Positions 38,458 through 51,834 of a stretch of 64,000 nt of DNA are shown one piece after another. The stretch's first letter is position 1; each line of letters begins with the position of its first letter. The notes beneath the pieces were generated by a model. It saw only the letters and a list, made by a program, of their open reading frames with translations, did not search any database and was not told the origin of the DNA. Position numbers and translations under genes: made by a program. This DNA comes from Saccostrea cucullata (taxonomy: Eukaryota). Where the stretch lies: contig NW_026941175.1 in assembly GCF_032062105.1 (NCBI RefSeq), positions 1 through 64,000 on the forward strand. The letters run 5' to 3'.

Positions 38458-41400
38458 GCTTCGAGGCCACCAACCTATAAAAATCTCAGCTCAAAACTCA
38501 GCCTCTAATCTCAGAATTCTGCCTCACCTGAGATTTTCCAAAAAACCGCCGTGCCACCAACATTTCTGAGATTGGTCGCACGTAAACTGAGATTTGAGAA
38601 AAATCTTAGATATATTTCCATATTCTGCCTTTTTTCGAAAAATGCAAGGATTTGTTGAATCAATGATTGAATATACCTTTTTTACAGTTGTTTATCCATT
38701 ATTTAGGTTTAGATTGTGGAAAAAAAACAAATCTCTCAGTTCCTTCGTCTTTTATTTGCTGTTTTGCGTGATTCAACAGAGAGGATTCCAATATGACATC
38801 CGAGATAATACATGTTTAATTAACCCTCTTAAATATATTTCTACAGAAGTAAAACATAAAAACATATCAAAACTTTGTAGTCGTGCCTCGTTTGTCGACA
38901 TAAACACACAAAAACATACACAAGGCGTCACTTCCGCTATTGTGACGTTACGTGAAGCAGGTATTCGGATCAAGATTAAATTTTCATGACTTATCGATAA
39001 TCAATATTTTTCTTGCTTTTGTTTTTGTTTTTCTTTTTTTGTTAAATATTAATTCTCCATAGCAAAAAAGTGTTTGAGTTATAGGACCTTTATGTATTTA
39101 GAATAAAAGTAAGTGATATTTTTCTAGCAGATAGGAAATAAAAATATTGATTTTTTCATATAAATAATTTATATTTAAAAAAATCAACCTGATATATAGC
39201 TTAATTTCTCACAGGCCGAATAAATTTTGGGTGTGTTCCAAAGTTGTGGGTTAGTGCGATAAGATGAACAGCAAACATATCCAGTGACGGGTAAGAAGTG
39301 CATGCTTGGTTTTAAAGGTTTTTTTTCAAAAATTGTTTAATATATAATAGGGTTATATCTATTTTCTAACCCTCTTTCCTTGTCAGTTGAAATAAGAAAA
39401 TCGGCTAAATTTTGTCATGTTTGTCGAAGAAGCAAACTAACACATTCTATTTTTTATGATCCTCTGTGCCGATTTAAATATTGATCTCTGAAAGTATTTT
39501 TTTTTATCATTTTATAAATGATTAACAAAGAATATTGCACAACTTGACCAATAATCATTGTTACACTGAAAACCCAAGTCAATCTGGCGTAATTGAGTGG
39601 ACTAACGATCATAAAAAACTGATTAATATCTTATACAAGTTTCACTGCGTAATGAATTTGTAACATTTTTAAAAACCATGCGATGGATAATTTTTTATTT
39701 CAAAAACTTTCCATCCGTGCATTTCATTGTGATTTATACATATGTATCTCGGAATGGTCACAAGTCAAGTTTATTCTTACACATGTATATATAAATAAAA
39801 TAAACGCGAACAATCAAAGATTTACAATATAAGCACAAGGCATTGCTATTATCAGGCACATAGCAACTGGGGGAGTGGGGTCAGACATAACTTTTACTAT
39901 TGAACATGTTCAGTGAAAGACCATTCCCCCCAACTTTTAGCAACAGTAAAGTAAAATAAGGGTAATATAGCATTGTGTTGTGGAAAAATGGGTACTGGAA
40001 AATTCGACCCTAAAAAAGAAGACCCCCCCCCCCCGAAATATGATTTTCGAGTTAAGGCTATTTCCTTTTCAAGTTTTTTTTAGGTAATTTAAAATTCTTT
40101 TCTGTAGCTGCCCCCCCTTTCAAAAACGATGCTACATGTACGTCACTGCATATAGTTGTCATGAAGTCGTAAAACCATATAAGAAAATGTTATTATCCAT
40201 GAAGGTTATATACATATTATCTTGAAGGAAAATAAATATTTGTAAATATAAATTTAATCAGATTACATCTTATATTTTATAAATTTACATTTAGACTAAT
40301 AAATACTTGTAGTAAAATATAGCTACCGAAAAAAAAAATAAAAGACGTGGCTTGAAATCTTAGTCTAGTCATATTTCCTTTCCTTACAAGAACATTGTGA
40401 ATTGCATCTAATTTTGACATATGTCACAAATAGCACATTAAATATGAATTTGATAAATTAATTCTTATATACTGAAAGGAAAAAAGAAACGCATATCAAA
40501 CTTTTGACTAATATTAAAACTTTTTTACAATACTTTTTCCAGTATTGTTATCAAACATTTTAATTCAACTTTAAACAACAAGTAACCGAAATCTTGTGTG
40601 CCTTTTACTGATAATTCCTAAGATATTGAAATTGACATGTCGATACCCCCAAAATTAAAATAATAATTCTCATGATCTCCCTTGCGCAACAGTAACAGTC
40701 TTGATTTTCTTGTGCAATGAGTTCACCAGAGGATTTTACTTTCTCAAGGATTATCATTCAAGCCTTCCGACGGTAGTCTTAATGATTTCGAGTAGCTGTA
40801 TTATTCCAACGCCAACAAATCCCCCCGCCCAATGAATCCCACGAATTTTCGATTTAGAATAGAATTCACAGAATCTAGCTGATTTGATACACGTGAATGT
40901 TTGTAAGGAAGTCTCGACAAACACTTGCTTCATTTTCTTAGCATGAACATGCTAAAAACATTACGCATATGGCGTGTACTTGCGCGCGTGAGAGTAAAAC
41001 CGACGTAAAGTTGCTAAGTTTGCGTACCAAATTAGAGCAGAGAGTTTCGATCAGTATTAGGGTGAAAATATGAGTATAATTGTCCGCTGTAAAAATATCG
41101 GTTTCAGTAATAATGACTTGACAATAACCGAGGTAGCATGATGAAAAGCCCCAACCATGACGGTGACGTTGTTACGCGCCAACGTCACCGTCAAGTTACT
41201 CTCTGACAACCTTAAAAACTTTTTAGGTTGAAAATTTAAAAACAAACTGCACAGCAACATGTTGATGCCTTTTTATTCACTTTTATTCACTTATGCAACT
41301 CAATTACTTGACCAAAGGTAACTTCCGTCAGCCATACCATGATTGCAAGAAATTTATACTGACTGCAAATATCGGAAAACGATGTCTATAACTCTAATGC

Positions 41401-42468
41401 ATCTCTTGGCACTACAAAATGTGATCACAAAATTGTCATCATCAGCATGCACATGTATTTGGCTTTTTAACACTTCCCCTACGTGACGCCTTACATTTCA
41501 TGGTTGAGTAATTTTGACCAGCTATTTTAGTGCACAAAAATACGCATCATACCAATTTTCAAAATTTTCGGGCACGCAGTTAAATATTTTTCGCTATTAT
41601 GCTATTATGCGTTTCTTTTCCTTTCAGTATATTAATGAATATACTTGTTTTATATAGTTTGCCACCAGAATACCGATAATACTTTTCTTTTTTAAGGTAG
41701 GACGATACGTTTCCTAAGTATATGTTTTGTATATCTTCGTAATCTATGAAAGATATATAAAATTGTAATTACTCTCTGGTTTCTAAACCGGTTTCTAATT
41801 GTATTTAAAAATTTGAAACACTAAAATTGTGATTTTAACAAACTAAGAATTTTTCCACAAAGGATTGTATAAGAAATGCCACCGTGTGGTATTTCGCACA
41901 AATTCCAAATAAGGTACCTCAATTTTTTTGTGAGTAAACATTTTAAAAGTAATAGTTCTTCAATAACAAAATCTTTAGGAAAAAATTTATAGATTATTGA
42001 GGAACGTCTCGTCTGTCCTTAATGGCTTGATATCATGTATGGTGATATTAACATGCGAGTATAATTAAGACACCCCCCCTTTCACAAATTGGAAATTAAC
42101 TTTCTTTTTGAACTTGTACGTTAATTTCGTGTATTTATGGGTTTAACTGTGAACTGTCCTAACATTTGCGATCATTTTAGAATAAAATAATTTTTTGAGA
42201 TTTCATTTGAGACTGGTATCCAACAATCTCAGGATTTTCTGAGAAAACTCAGATTTTTTTCTCAGCTGAGTCGGAAGAAACGTTAATGGCACGCATATTT
42301 GAAAAAAATCTCAGACTTGAGAAAAAATCTCAGATTTGAGAAAAAAAACTCAAAAGATAAGTCTGATTTTTAGCAAACATTTATTTGGTGGCAAAGTTCA
42401 TTGACAAAAAATCAGATTTTCTGACAAATCTCAGACTGAGAAAATATCAGGGTTGGTGGCCCAGAAGC
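38458..42468. mobile_element. ~4.0-kb non-autonomous DNA transposon with 3-bp TSD (PIF/Harbinger-like)
   Basis: TIRs GCTTCGAGGCCACCAACC / GGTTGGTGGCCCAGAAGC, flanked by CTG on both sides (38455-38457, 42469-42471). Dense subterminal CTCAG/CTGAG repeats. The empty site GGAG.TCTGAT is seen in the paralogous units (~32657, ~51695). No transposase ORF seen. Confidence 0.8.
39852..40150. mobile_element. Possible nested MITE (hAT-like)
   Basis: CAGGCACATAGCAACTGGGGG.. at left and ..CCCCCCCTTTCAAAAACGATGCTAC..CACTG at right. Confidence 0.4.
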
Positions 42469-43103
42469 CTGATCACACTCCTTATTTTGAGTTTTTTTTT
42501 TCAAAGTTCCTTCCTTTTCTCTCCCTCTTTCTGTATTTCTCTCTTTCTCTTTCTTAAAAAAGACCTATATCTTTATAGGAATTAAGCCAATGTCATGAAG
42601 GATAAGGTCTGATAACTCTCTTAACTTTGAATTATTTTTTAAGTTTAAAGCTCTCTCTGTCTCTCTCTGTGTCAATTAGATCAATATCTTTAAGGGTATT
42701 TATTGTGTCGTTTTCATGAAGGAGCCAATAAGAAGGACATTAAATATACACTTCATAAGGTATTAAAATAAATTTATGTTCACCTGGCAAAAGGTCACTA
42801 AGGGTCTATGACAACGACAACAATCAATATCTGCATATCAGAAGATTGTTGGATGAATTTACGATTGTCCCATAATACAAAATTATGGATGTTTACAGTA
42901 TGACATGCATATGTAGGCCAAATTTATAGATTATTGAACTGATGAAATAAATACAATTTTGAGGTCAACTGGATAGATTATTATTTACCCATGTTCTCAC
43001 AAAAAAGAAGTAAAAGCGTATAAACGATGTAATAATTCTACTTTTCAGGCAGAAGAATTTTACTAATTTTTGTCCCACTCTAGGATTAACGGGTAATCAA
43101 TAA

Positions 43104-44351
43104 AAACAAGAGGCGCAGGGGCCACAGCGCTCACCTGAGCACATCAGCTAAGAAAAAACACATATCAGATCAGAACTGAATTTTAATTTAAGTTGGGGGG
43201 TTGAATTTTAACCCCCAAGGGGATCATAATTTGAACGAACTAGAATCTACACTACCTGATGATGATTCCATACAAATATTACTAATCCTGGCTTTGAAGT
43301 ACTTGAAAAGAAGATTTAAAAAGGTTTCCCTATATTTTTCAATGTAAAACTTTGGTCGTCCATTTTGGCCACACCCTTACCCCGGGGTCAAGACTTGAAC
43401 AAACTTGAATCTACACTACCTGAGGATGATACCACATGAGTTTCAATTTTCCTGGCCCAGTGGTTCTTGAGAAGAAGATTTTTAAAGATTTTTCCAATAT
43501 ATTCCTATGTAAAACTTTAATCGGCCAATTTGGCCCCGCCCTACCCGCGGGGGTCATGACTTGAACAAACTTGAATCTACACTACATGAGGATGATTCCA
43601 CATGAGTTTCATCTTTCATGGCCAAGTGGTTCTTGAGAAGAAGATTTTAAAAGATTTTTCCTATATATTCCTATGTAAAACTTGATCGGCCATTTTGGCC
43701 CCGCCCTACCCCCGGGGGTCATGACTCGAACAAACTTGAATCTACATACCTGAGGATAATTTCACATGAGTTTCATCTTTCCTGTTTCAATGGTTCCTGA
43801 GAAGAAGATTTTTAAAGATTTTTCCTATATATTCCTATGTAAAACTTTGATCGGCCATTTTGGCCCCGCCCTACCCCCGGGGGTCATGACTTGAACAAAC
43901 TTGAATCTACACTACCTGAGGATGATACCACATGAGTTTCAATTTTCCTGGCCCAGTGGTTCTTGAGGAGAAGATTTTTAAAGATTTTTCCTATATTTTC
44001 CTATGTAAAACTTTAATCGGCCAATTTGGCCCCGCCCTACCCGCGGGGGTCATGACTTGAACAAACTTGAATCTACACTACATGAGGATGATTCCACATG
44101 AGTTTCATCTTTCCTGGCCCAGTGGCTCTTGAGAAGAAGATTTTAAAAGATTTTTCCTATATATTCCTATGTAAAACTTTGATCGGCCATTTTGGCCCCG
44201 CCCTACCCCCGGGGGTCATGACTTGAACAAACTTGAATCTACTCTACCTGAGGATGATACCACATGAGTTTCATCTTTCCTGGCCCAGTGGTTCTTTAGG
44301 AGAAGATTTTTTAAAAATGCCAATAATTTTTCTCTAAATCATGATTATCTA

Positions 44352-44387
<36 letters not shown>

Positions 44388-44397
44388 ATTAAATCTC

Positions 44398-44449
<52 letters not shown>

Positions 44450-44511
44450 TTTGAGAAGAAGATGAAAATGTAAAAAGTTTACGACAACAACGACGACGAC
44501 GACAACGACAG

Positions 44512-44567
<56 letters not shown>

Positions 44568-44570
44568 CAA
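43104..44570 (-). mobile_element. Young HINE/Helentron carrying a Cg170/HindIII-like 166-bp satellite array
   Basis: Termini AAACAAGAGGCGCAGGGGCCACAGCGCTCACCTGAG and AGCTCACTTGAGCCTTCGGCTCAGGTGAGCT, a (GAC/AAC)n microsatellite at ~44482-44520, and monomer anchors T(T/C)GAACAAACTTGAATCTAC at 43395, 43561, 43726, 43891, 44057 and 44223 (period 165-166). Inserted in an A-tract that is uninterrupted in paralogous units. Confidence 0.9.
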
Positions 44571-45994
44571 AAAGAAATATGAGAATGTGCACAGTGAAAT
44601 GATATGGACAATTATGCTTAAAGAAACAAGTTTTCTGTTTGATTATTTAATGTCAAACGGAATCGATGTCAAATGCACATATTTGAACAGTGAACCTAAT
44701 ATGAGCAATACTTTCAATTTATGGAGATTTTAAACTTGAACACGCGTACTTGTTCATCTACTTTGACGTACACGCTTTTTGTAATTTGTTTGCTGAGATT
44801 TTTATGACATGTAACATGTACGTGTACACTGCAATCGGAGTCTCTATAACAACATTTCAGAAATTCCGTTACGTCAGTTTGATTTTATGTATTTAACAAA
44901 ACGCGATTAAAAATAAGTGCTCATCAAACTAAACATTTTAAATAATCTATAACAATTCATTTTAACACATAAATTGATCGAATTTGATTATTCAAGCTAC
45001 ACATGTTTTTTTTACATGTAGATGACATTCTACAAGACGTGTAGAAAACTCATCATCACTATAATTGATGACGTATGACGCGAGGAATATAGATAATCTC
45101 ATTATAAGACGTACCCGTACACATACATGAGTTCTCAACCGCTTTATTTTGCTGAGGGGATTTGATAACTTTTTTTCAATGAAATTTTAATGTTATATTT
45201 ATTGTCTTAAGATTAAAAAGTCGATATGCCCCATACTGATTTCTAAGAAGGCATCCCAACAGTCATCAAATTTAACAATTGGTCCCTATGGGAAATTTTC
45301 ATTAAGAGCCAAAGTATCATATTTTTTCCATAAGTTTGGTATTTCTGCTTTAGGAATTTCTTTTTCAATCAAGTTAATGAAAGTTACTGTAAAAAGTGAC
45401 CAGGTTGTAAAAAGTTAATCATCTAGGATGGTCTAGGAATTAATTACTTACTTTATTTTTTCAAAGCCTAATACTTGTAAAATTGTCATATTATGGCATA
45501 AATACATATCAGTGCAGATAAATTATCGGTGCATATGACTTTTTTTGGTATACATGTAATAGCAGTGTTTAGATTCCTTAAGTGTTTATTTGGATGTTTT
45601 GTCATCAGTATTAAGCATAACATCCATTGACATCTTGAACATACAAGCAAGCCATGTGTCATTCTTTATAGCGACATACATTAATTACAAAATCAAAATG
45701 GTGACGTCAGTAGAGCATTTTCAGCGTTTTTTTTTATATCATTGAAATCACATTTGCAGACCTAGGAGTTCCGGATATTCTTATTTTAGTATCAAAATTA
45801 AGCATTCAGCAAAGATGTACTGTTGCACATATGACTGAATGAATTTAAAAAAAAAAAAAAAAAAAGCTGCGCAGAGTTATGCACACTCGAATTAAACTGA
45901 GCCTGGTTAATATCTTTAATACATTTTATGGAGTAGAGACTGCTATGTACATGTGTTTAATTTAAATAAATGGAAAGCGAAATGAACATTACTG

Positions 45995-47874
45995 TCAGAT
46001 TTCCAACTAAATCCGGACTCCCCGTATCATTCCGGGTATAGATGTAAACTGGTGGGTTGTGACCCAACAGACAGAGTGTAGTAATTCTGACCGTCAGCAC
46101 TCCAACAAACTGTCTGTGAGTCACCAGTTCCTTCATAATGATATGGAACTTAAGCGGGTGCCGTAGTCAGTGACCCCAAGACGTCACCGCCCTCAATCTT
46201 CCAGTAAAAGATGTGGTATTTTATTTGATAAGGAGTTCACCACCGTCCATTGAAATATCACCAGAGGTTGGGTCGTGATGATCAGTAAGAATGGGAAGAA
46301 ACTGTTATGAATCAATATTGAATGGGTAAGGGCTTCCCCACGCACTCTTTTGGAGGTGGGAGACCATTCCATGCCCACTGCCTACATACCCTATAAGGTA
46401 AACTTCCCCTTTGGGATCGACCATCAACGTCTCTGATTGCTCCTTCGACCATCTTTAAAAAATAATTATCATCATTTGAATTCTATTTGAAAATTTACGT
46501 TTAGAAATTAAATAAACTTATTCAAAACACGTAAACTTAAATAAATAAACCCTATATATGTAATATCATGGTATACTCAACTTTCTTATATCTCATTTAG
46601 GATGTAATATCTATGATTTATACTGAATATTATCAGCGTTCCATCTTACTTCAAAGAAAAGTCACTTTTGACTCTTTTTGAATCCTTTAGCTTTACAGCT
46701 GCATTGTCAAAATGAAATCATTTTATGTTGAAAATTACTATTTCTGCTTTAAATTGGGTCATTCTGAATGAAATAAGGTTAAAAGATAACTCTGACTGAA
46801 TATACATCTTTTTCTGGAAAAACCTTTTACAAGAAATTATGAAAATAATACAAGCAGAAGTCAATCTTTATTCTCACATGTATCAAGCAGTAGAATCGAG
46901 GGGTAGAACTTGATCCATGTGCCTGATAATGAAATCGGGCTTGAGCACTCTGTAAATTGTGTTGGCTGGTTTGGAACCTCTGGCGCCAGAGTCAGCAATG
47001 TAAATACAGCTAGAGTTTCCACACGGACCGACGGCAATATCCTCCCAATCATGGTTCTTGGCATTCATAATCTTAAAGTCGCGATTATAGACCCGGATGT
47101 TTCGTTTATTGCGTAGATATGGGGGCCCCTGTCTCCATCGTTGTGGGTGTATAGGACATTTATGAATGTCCGGATGGCTGCGAGTTCTGATTAGTCGGTA
47201 AGTTCTCGGAAGTTTATATAAGCCACAAGCTTACCAGCAGCAAAATCTGGGTGTAAAAAATTCTATTTTAAATTTCCTGCAATGTATTTTACATAGTTCT
47301 ATCAGTACACTTTTCTGACAAATACTAATTCATATTTTTTTTTTCAAATTCCAAGAATTGTTGTGTCGTTAAAGTTAATTATTTGAGACTGGAAATCTGC
47401 CTACCGGTAGTTTCCAGACTATTGTTGTCCAGCTCAAATCCCTAAGAGCACATCTTCATTTATGCATTCCAACAATGTTTTTTTAAGTGGTTAATCTAAC
47501 CAACCTTTTGCTTTTTTTATAAATGTTAACTTCGGCTAAATGGTTCATATATATTTTTGAAGTCTTTCTTACACTATTTTTTTTTAAACAAAATGTTATT
47601 TATAAAATGTTATATAGAAATTTTCTCTTAATAGCGAAAAGTCTTAGGTAATGGCCTCAATTACAAACAACTTTGAAAGATTTCTATTGCTGAGCAAAAA
47701 AGGAAACATTCCTATCAAAATATGTAAACGTGCATAATTCCATAGATTATGAAAAAAAAACATTCTTTCAATTTATTTATTCAGTTATTTACCCCCTAAA
47801 TTGTCTTTTGCCTGTCGTCTAAGTGCCAGTGACGCTGTAATGCTCAGTAGCAGACAAAGACAAAAGCTTGATAT
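45995..47874 (-). pseudogene. DWEDIA-motif protein copy 3, pseudogene
   Basis: Exons 47874-47793, 47246-46878 and 46452-~45995 align with the other copies. Lesions: start ATG>ATA, TAA at 47193-47191, a 1-nt frameshift near 47070, TGA at 46885-46883 and TAA at 46307-46305. Confidence 0.9.
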
Positions 47875-48096
47875 GTTTGTGTTAATAGAACCGTGCACAG
47901 ATAACGGTAACCTGATCTTTGTCAGATATTGGAATTACGTAATGGTCACGATGGAATATATTGATATGAAGTTATCAAGTTAGTCAGAAAAGAGCGATAC
48001 TTTGTTGTGAAAAAAAAACTATTAACATTTGTTATATTTTACTTAACCATGACATCTTTAAAATAATTGAGTAAAGAAAGAGTAAACAGAAAATTA

Positions 48097-49352
48097 ACAA
48101 AAGAGGCCCAGGGGCCACATCTCTCACCTGAACACTTTATAGAGATAAAACAAAAAAAGAATTTGGTTGACAATTGTGACCCCATCCTACTCCTAGGTTT
48201 CATGATTTAAGCAATCTTGAATATACACCACCTGAGGATACTCAGATATAAAAAAAGACCCATTATAGATTTGCTATTTCTGGGAAGACGAATTTTAAAA
48301 GATTATCCCAATACATCATATGTAAAAAAAATTCGACCATTCATCGTGTTCCCCATCCTACCCCCAGGGTTATTGATTTGAAGAAACTTAAATCTAAATG
48401 ACCTGAGGATGTTTTTATATAAATATTACTAATCATGGCTTTGTTGTTCTTGAGAAGAGTACTTGTAAAGATTTCCACGAAACATTCTTATGTAACACTT
48501 AAACCTTCCATTGTGGCCCCACCATACTCCTGGGGTTATTGATTTTAACATGCTTGAATCAACACCATCTCAGGATGCTTCCAAAAAAGTTTCATTAGCC
48601 GGGCTTATTGCTCAAAGAGCAATTGCCGGCTTATGTGATCCTGTTCAAGGCAGGATGTTGACCCCATAGTCGCCATTTTAAAGTTACGTGCAAAAATATA
48701 GTTCTTACTTTCAACCGCTTTTGAGATAATACAAACGCTAAATAAAGCAACAAAAATAAAACGAAGTTTTATCTATATAAAATAAACATTAGTAGTAATG
48801 ACTTTGAAAACTTCATAAGTCAAAGAACATGGTTCATCAGCGTAAGGATTTTTGATAATCAGTGTTACCGTAGTTCTCTACACATACGAGGTAAAGCAGC
48901 AGAGGGAACCAGACTGCCCTGTTTGTTTACATTCAGCTGCGGTACCAGATTAATTCTGATTCTGACAAAATCGGACCATGGTATTAGGATTGAAAAACTC
49001 ACTGTCAGTGTCTTATCATTTATATTGATAGTTTTAAAATAATTTTTTCATCAGAATATAAACGTTATTCATGTAAGAAATCAATTCTACTCTGTAAATG
49101 AGCCCGGCTCTCTGTACTTCTGAGTACTTTGATTTTTCTTGGTCCAATGGTTCTTGAAAAAAAGAAATCTGACCTTTCGTTTGAAGACAGATGAATCCGC
49201 TACACCTTGTTGCAAGTTTGGTTGAAATTAATCCAGTGGTTCTTAAGAAGAAGATGAAAATATAAAAAGTTTACGACGACGAAAACAACGATAAACAACG
49301 GACAGAATTTGATCAGAGAAGCTTATTTGAGCCTTCAGCTCAGAGGACTTAA
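48097..49352 (-). mobile_element. Degenerate Cg170-like HINE upstream of copy 3
   Basis: AAGAGGCCCAGGGGCCACAT.TCTCACCTGA start, ~3 eroded monomers, ACGACGACG microsatellite and GCTTATTTGAGCCTTCAGCTCAG end. Confidence 0.8.
48595..49133 (+). mobile_element. Second HINE-like family nested in the Cg170-like element
   Basis: Sub-TIRs AGCCGGGCTTAT / ATGAGCCCGGCT and a 3' hairpin GTACTTCTGAGTAC. It splits a monomer at AGTTTCA|TTTTTCTTGGTCCAATGGTTCTTGA. Confidence 0.7.
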
Positions 49353-51726
49353 ATAATGGGTCGGTAGGAAGGCAGGGAGGTTTAATTCTTTGAAAAAAAA
49401 AAGTGCAATGATGCTGGCAGGATAAAAGAAAACGATACATATTTATCGTTTTCTGAAGCTCAACAAAGACTTTATTAGAACACTCCCAAGCCTGTCAATC
49501 TAGATAGGGCAAACAATTATTTTTTTTTAAATAGCCCCTAACTATAAAAACACCGTCACGCATATAAAATTCCACGAGAAACTCTCAATAAAGTCACAAA
49601 AAGTCTGTCAAAAATGTAGAAAAAATATGCTAAAATAAGTCAGCAATATGCAATTTTTGAAGTTTTTTTTTTTACTTTGAAATGTTCACAAAAGTTCGCA
49701 AAAAAAAATTCCTATGTAAAATATTTTATACATCTTGTGTTTGCTGTTTAAAATGGTCAAAAGGCGATCTTGGCTATCTTCAACAATAACATGAAATGAA
49801 TGTAAAAATACTAAATTGCTTTTCTTTTTATTAAACCGAATTTAAAGAATAGATAGAGAAAGTTAAAAGCTAGAATACAAGTGATCATTAGCTAAGCCTT
49901 ATAAGATTGGATTATGCAGCTTACGATACCTGTAACAGCGAAAACCTTCAATGATACAAATAGAAATGAACAAGTAAATTTGACTCGACATTATAGTTAA
50001 AAATTCATTTCCAATGAAACTTATGCCAATTTACTTCCCCTAATACGGGTGTTTTTTTTCTTCAGATATATGTAGTCTTAAAGAACGAGGTTTACTTTTG
50101 TTTGTTTGTTTGTTTTGTTTTGTTTGTTACTCTTTTTTTTTTGTTCTGTTGTTTTTTTTTCCCCGGTGAATCTCAGAAAAACTGAAACTGCTTAGTTTTA
50201 ACAATTCATTGAATATCACTACGACCTTCGGTGATTGCATATATTTAATCAAAAGTGACGTGATTTGCTGGCTCAAATGTATGCATCATGACGTCCAAAA
50301 TGCGTCAATTTCCTCATACTCTAAAAAGTCCAATTTTCAAAGCTATTTTTCGATAAATAATATGGAGCGCAAGCTCTGATCTAAACAAGAATGCGGCTTT
50401 AAATGATGGAGCTGTTTCTGAGAATTATAAGACATTTTTTTATTTTTTTTAAATCAGAGAGTGCGTTCATTTTATTTATCGTCATTGAAAGTACTTAAGT
50501 ATACGTGTTTATCTTAAAATCCATGAGCATTGCAATTTTAAAAGGCTAGTTCTCTAAGATATGGACATTAAGGAGAAAAAAAAATCAGTAGGGATTGAAA
50601 GCACTAGGTCTCTTTATAATTTTGATGCCTCAAATGGAACATCAAGTGTTGATTAATAAATGTGTATTTTCACATAGCCATTTTATGCATAAAGTGAACC
50701 GAGCTCATTTTCTATACTATAAATTCCTAATTAAAAGCGAGAAAAAAATATCCGTGTAAAAACGCGAGCAGATTAAATCGCAGATTTTAAAACATCGCTT
50801 TCATTTGCTCCGATATTGATGTGTTCACTGGAATTATTAAGCTCGAGACGTGTGGTTCATTGAAGCATTACAAATAGATCGACCAAGCATAAAAGTATAT
50901 TTTAATTATACATGTATATAATTTTATGAAAATAATTATAATCTATTAAATGTTTAATCATGGTTACATAATAAATATAAGTTTTAATGTTGACTAAAAA
51001 TTCGTTCGACCTTTCACAGTGTCAAGAGAGATAACTCCCGATTTAAAAGACGACAGATTTACCGTAAAGAAAACAACTTTTTTTTTTATTTTTTAAAACG
51101 ATTCAGTGATTTTATATCTGTTTTTTCACCATGTTCACAATTATTAAAATGGGTGCCTTAGTCACTTAATACTGTACCACACATAGCTGATCAGTTAATT
51201 GATGCCGTTCATTGCCCAAGCCTTTCTGATAAGGTCTGGATTTCTGGCAATTTCATGGGCGGCCTTTGTAATCCATTTTGTGTGTAGGGGTTTTACAACC
51301 GAAAGTCTAAGGTTAATTTTAACATTCTCCACTGATACACTTTTTTTGATCTGTTATGCCACCCATTATCGTAAAGGTTTGCAAACGTTATATTTAGAAG
51401 ATGATTATCTGTCGAATGTTTCTATTAGTGTCCTTGTGCTTAAGAGTGTAGCTAAGATGATTTCAAACAGAATTTTTAATTTTTATATTATGAAAATTCA
51501 AACTTTCCTCGAAACTCTGTAATGATTTGACTAACCAATTCGAATGGACATCATCAAATATTTTGATTGATTACATATGGTCATTTTTACGATAATTTAT
51601 TCTTTACGTGTAGGGAAATAAAAAAGTTTTTAAAATGTTTAGTTTTTTGACAAAGTCATAGAAGTCACAATAGATACAACTCATTGAAGAATTAGGAGGT
51701 CTGATATTTTCCTTCCTTTGAATTCA

Positions 51727-51729
<3 letters not shown>

Positions 51730-51789
<60 letters not shown>
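51730..51789. repeat. (CT)n(CA)n microsatellite
   Basis: Read directly. Shorter or eroded CT tracts occur at ~52623, ~32735 and ~42651. Confidence 0.95.
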
Positions 51790-51834
51790 TTAGGCCTATA
51801 TCTTTAAAGAAATTTAGCCATTATCATGGAGAAG

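Noticed and set aside
38594-38989. 131-aa ORF as the transposase of the 4-kb element
   Set aside because: No DDE or Myb/SANT motifs, and the composition is that of random AT-rich sequence.
43300-44310. Regular repeat array as a CRISPR or other spacer-acquiring locus
   Set aside because: Monomers are contiguous 165-166-bp copies with no unique spacers, the context is eukaryotic, and the array is bounded by HINE termini.
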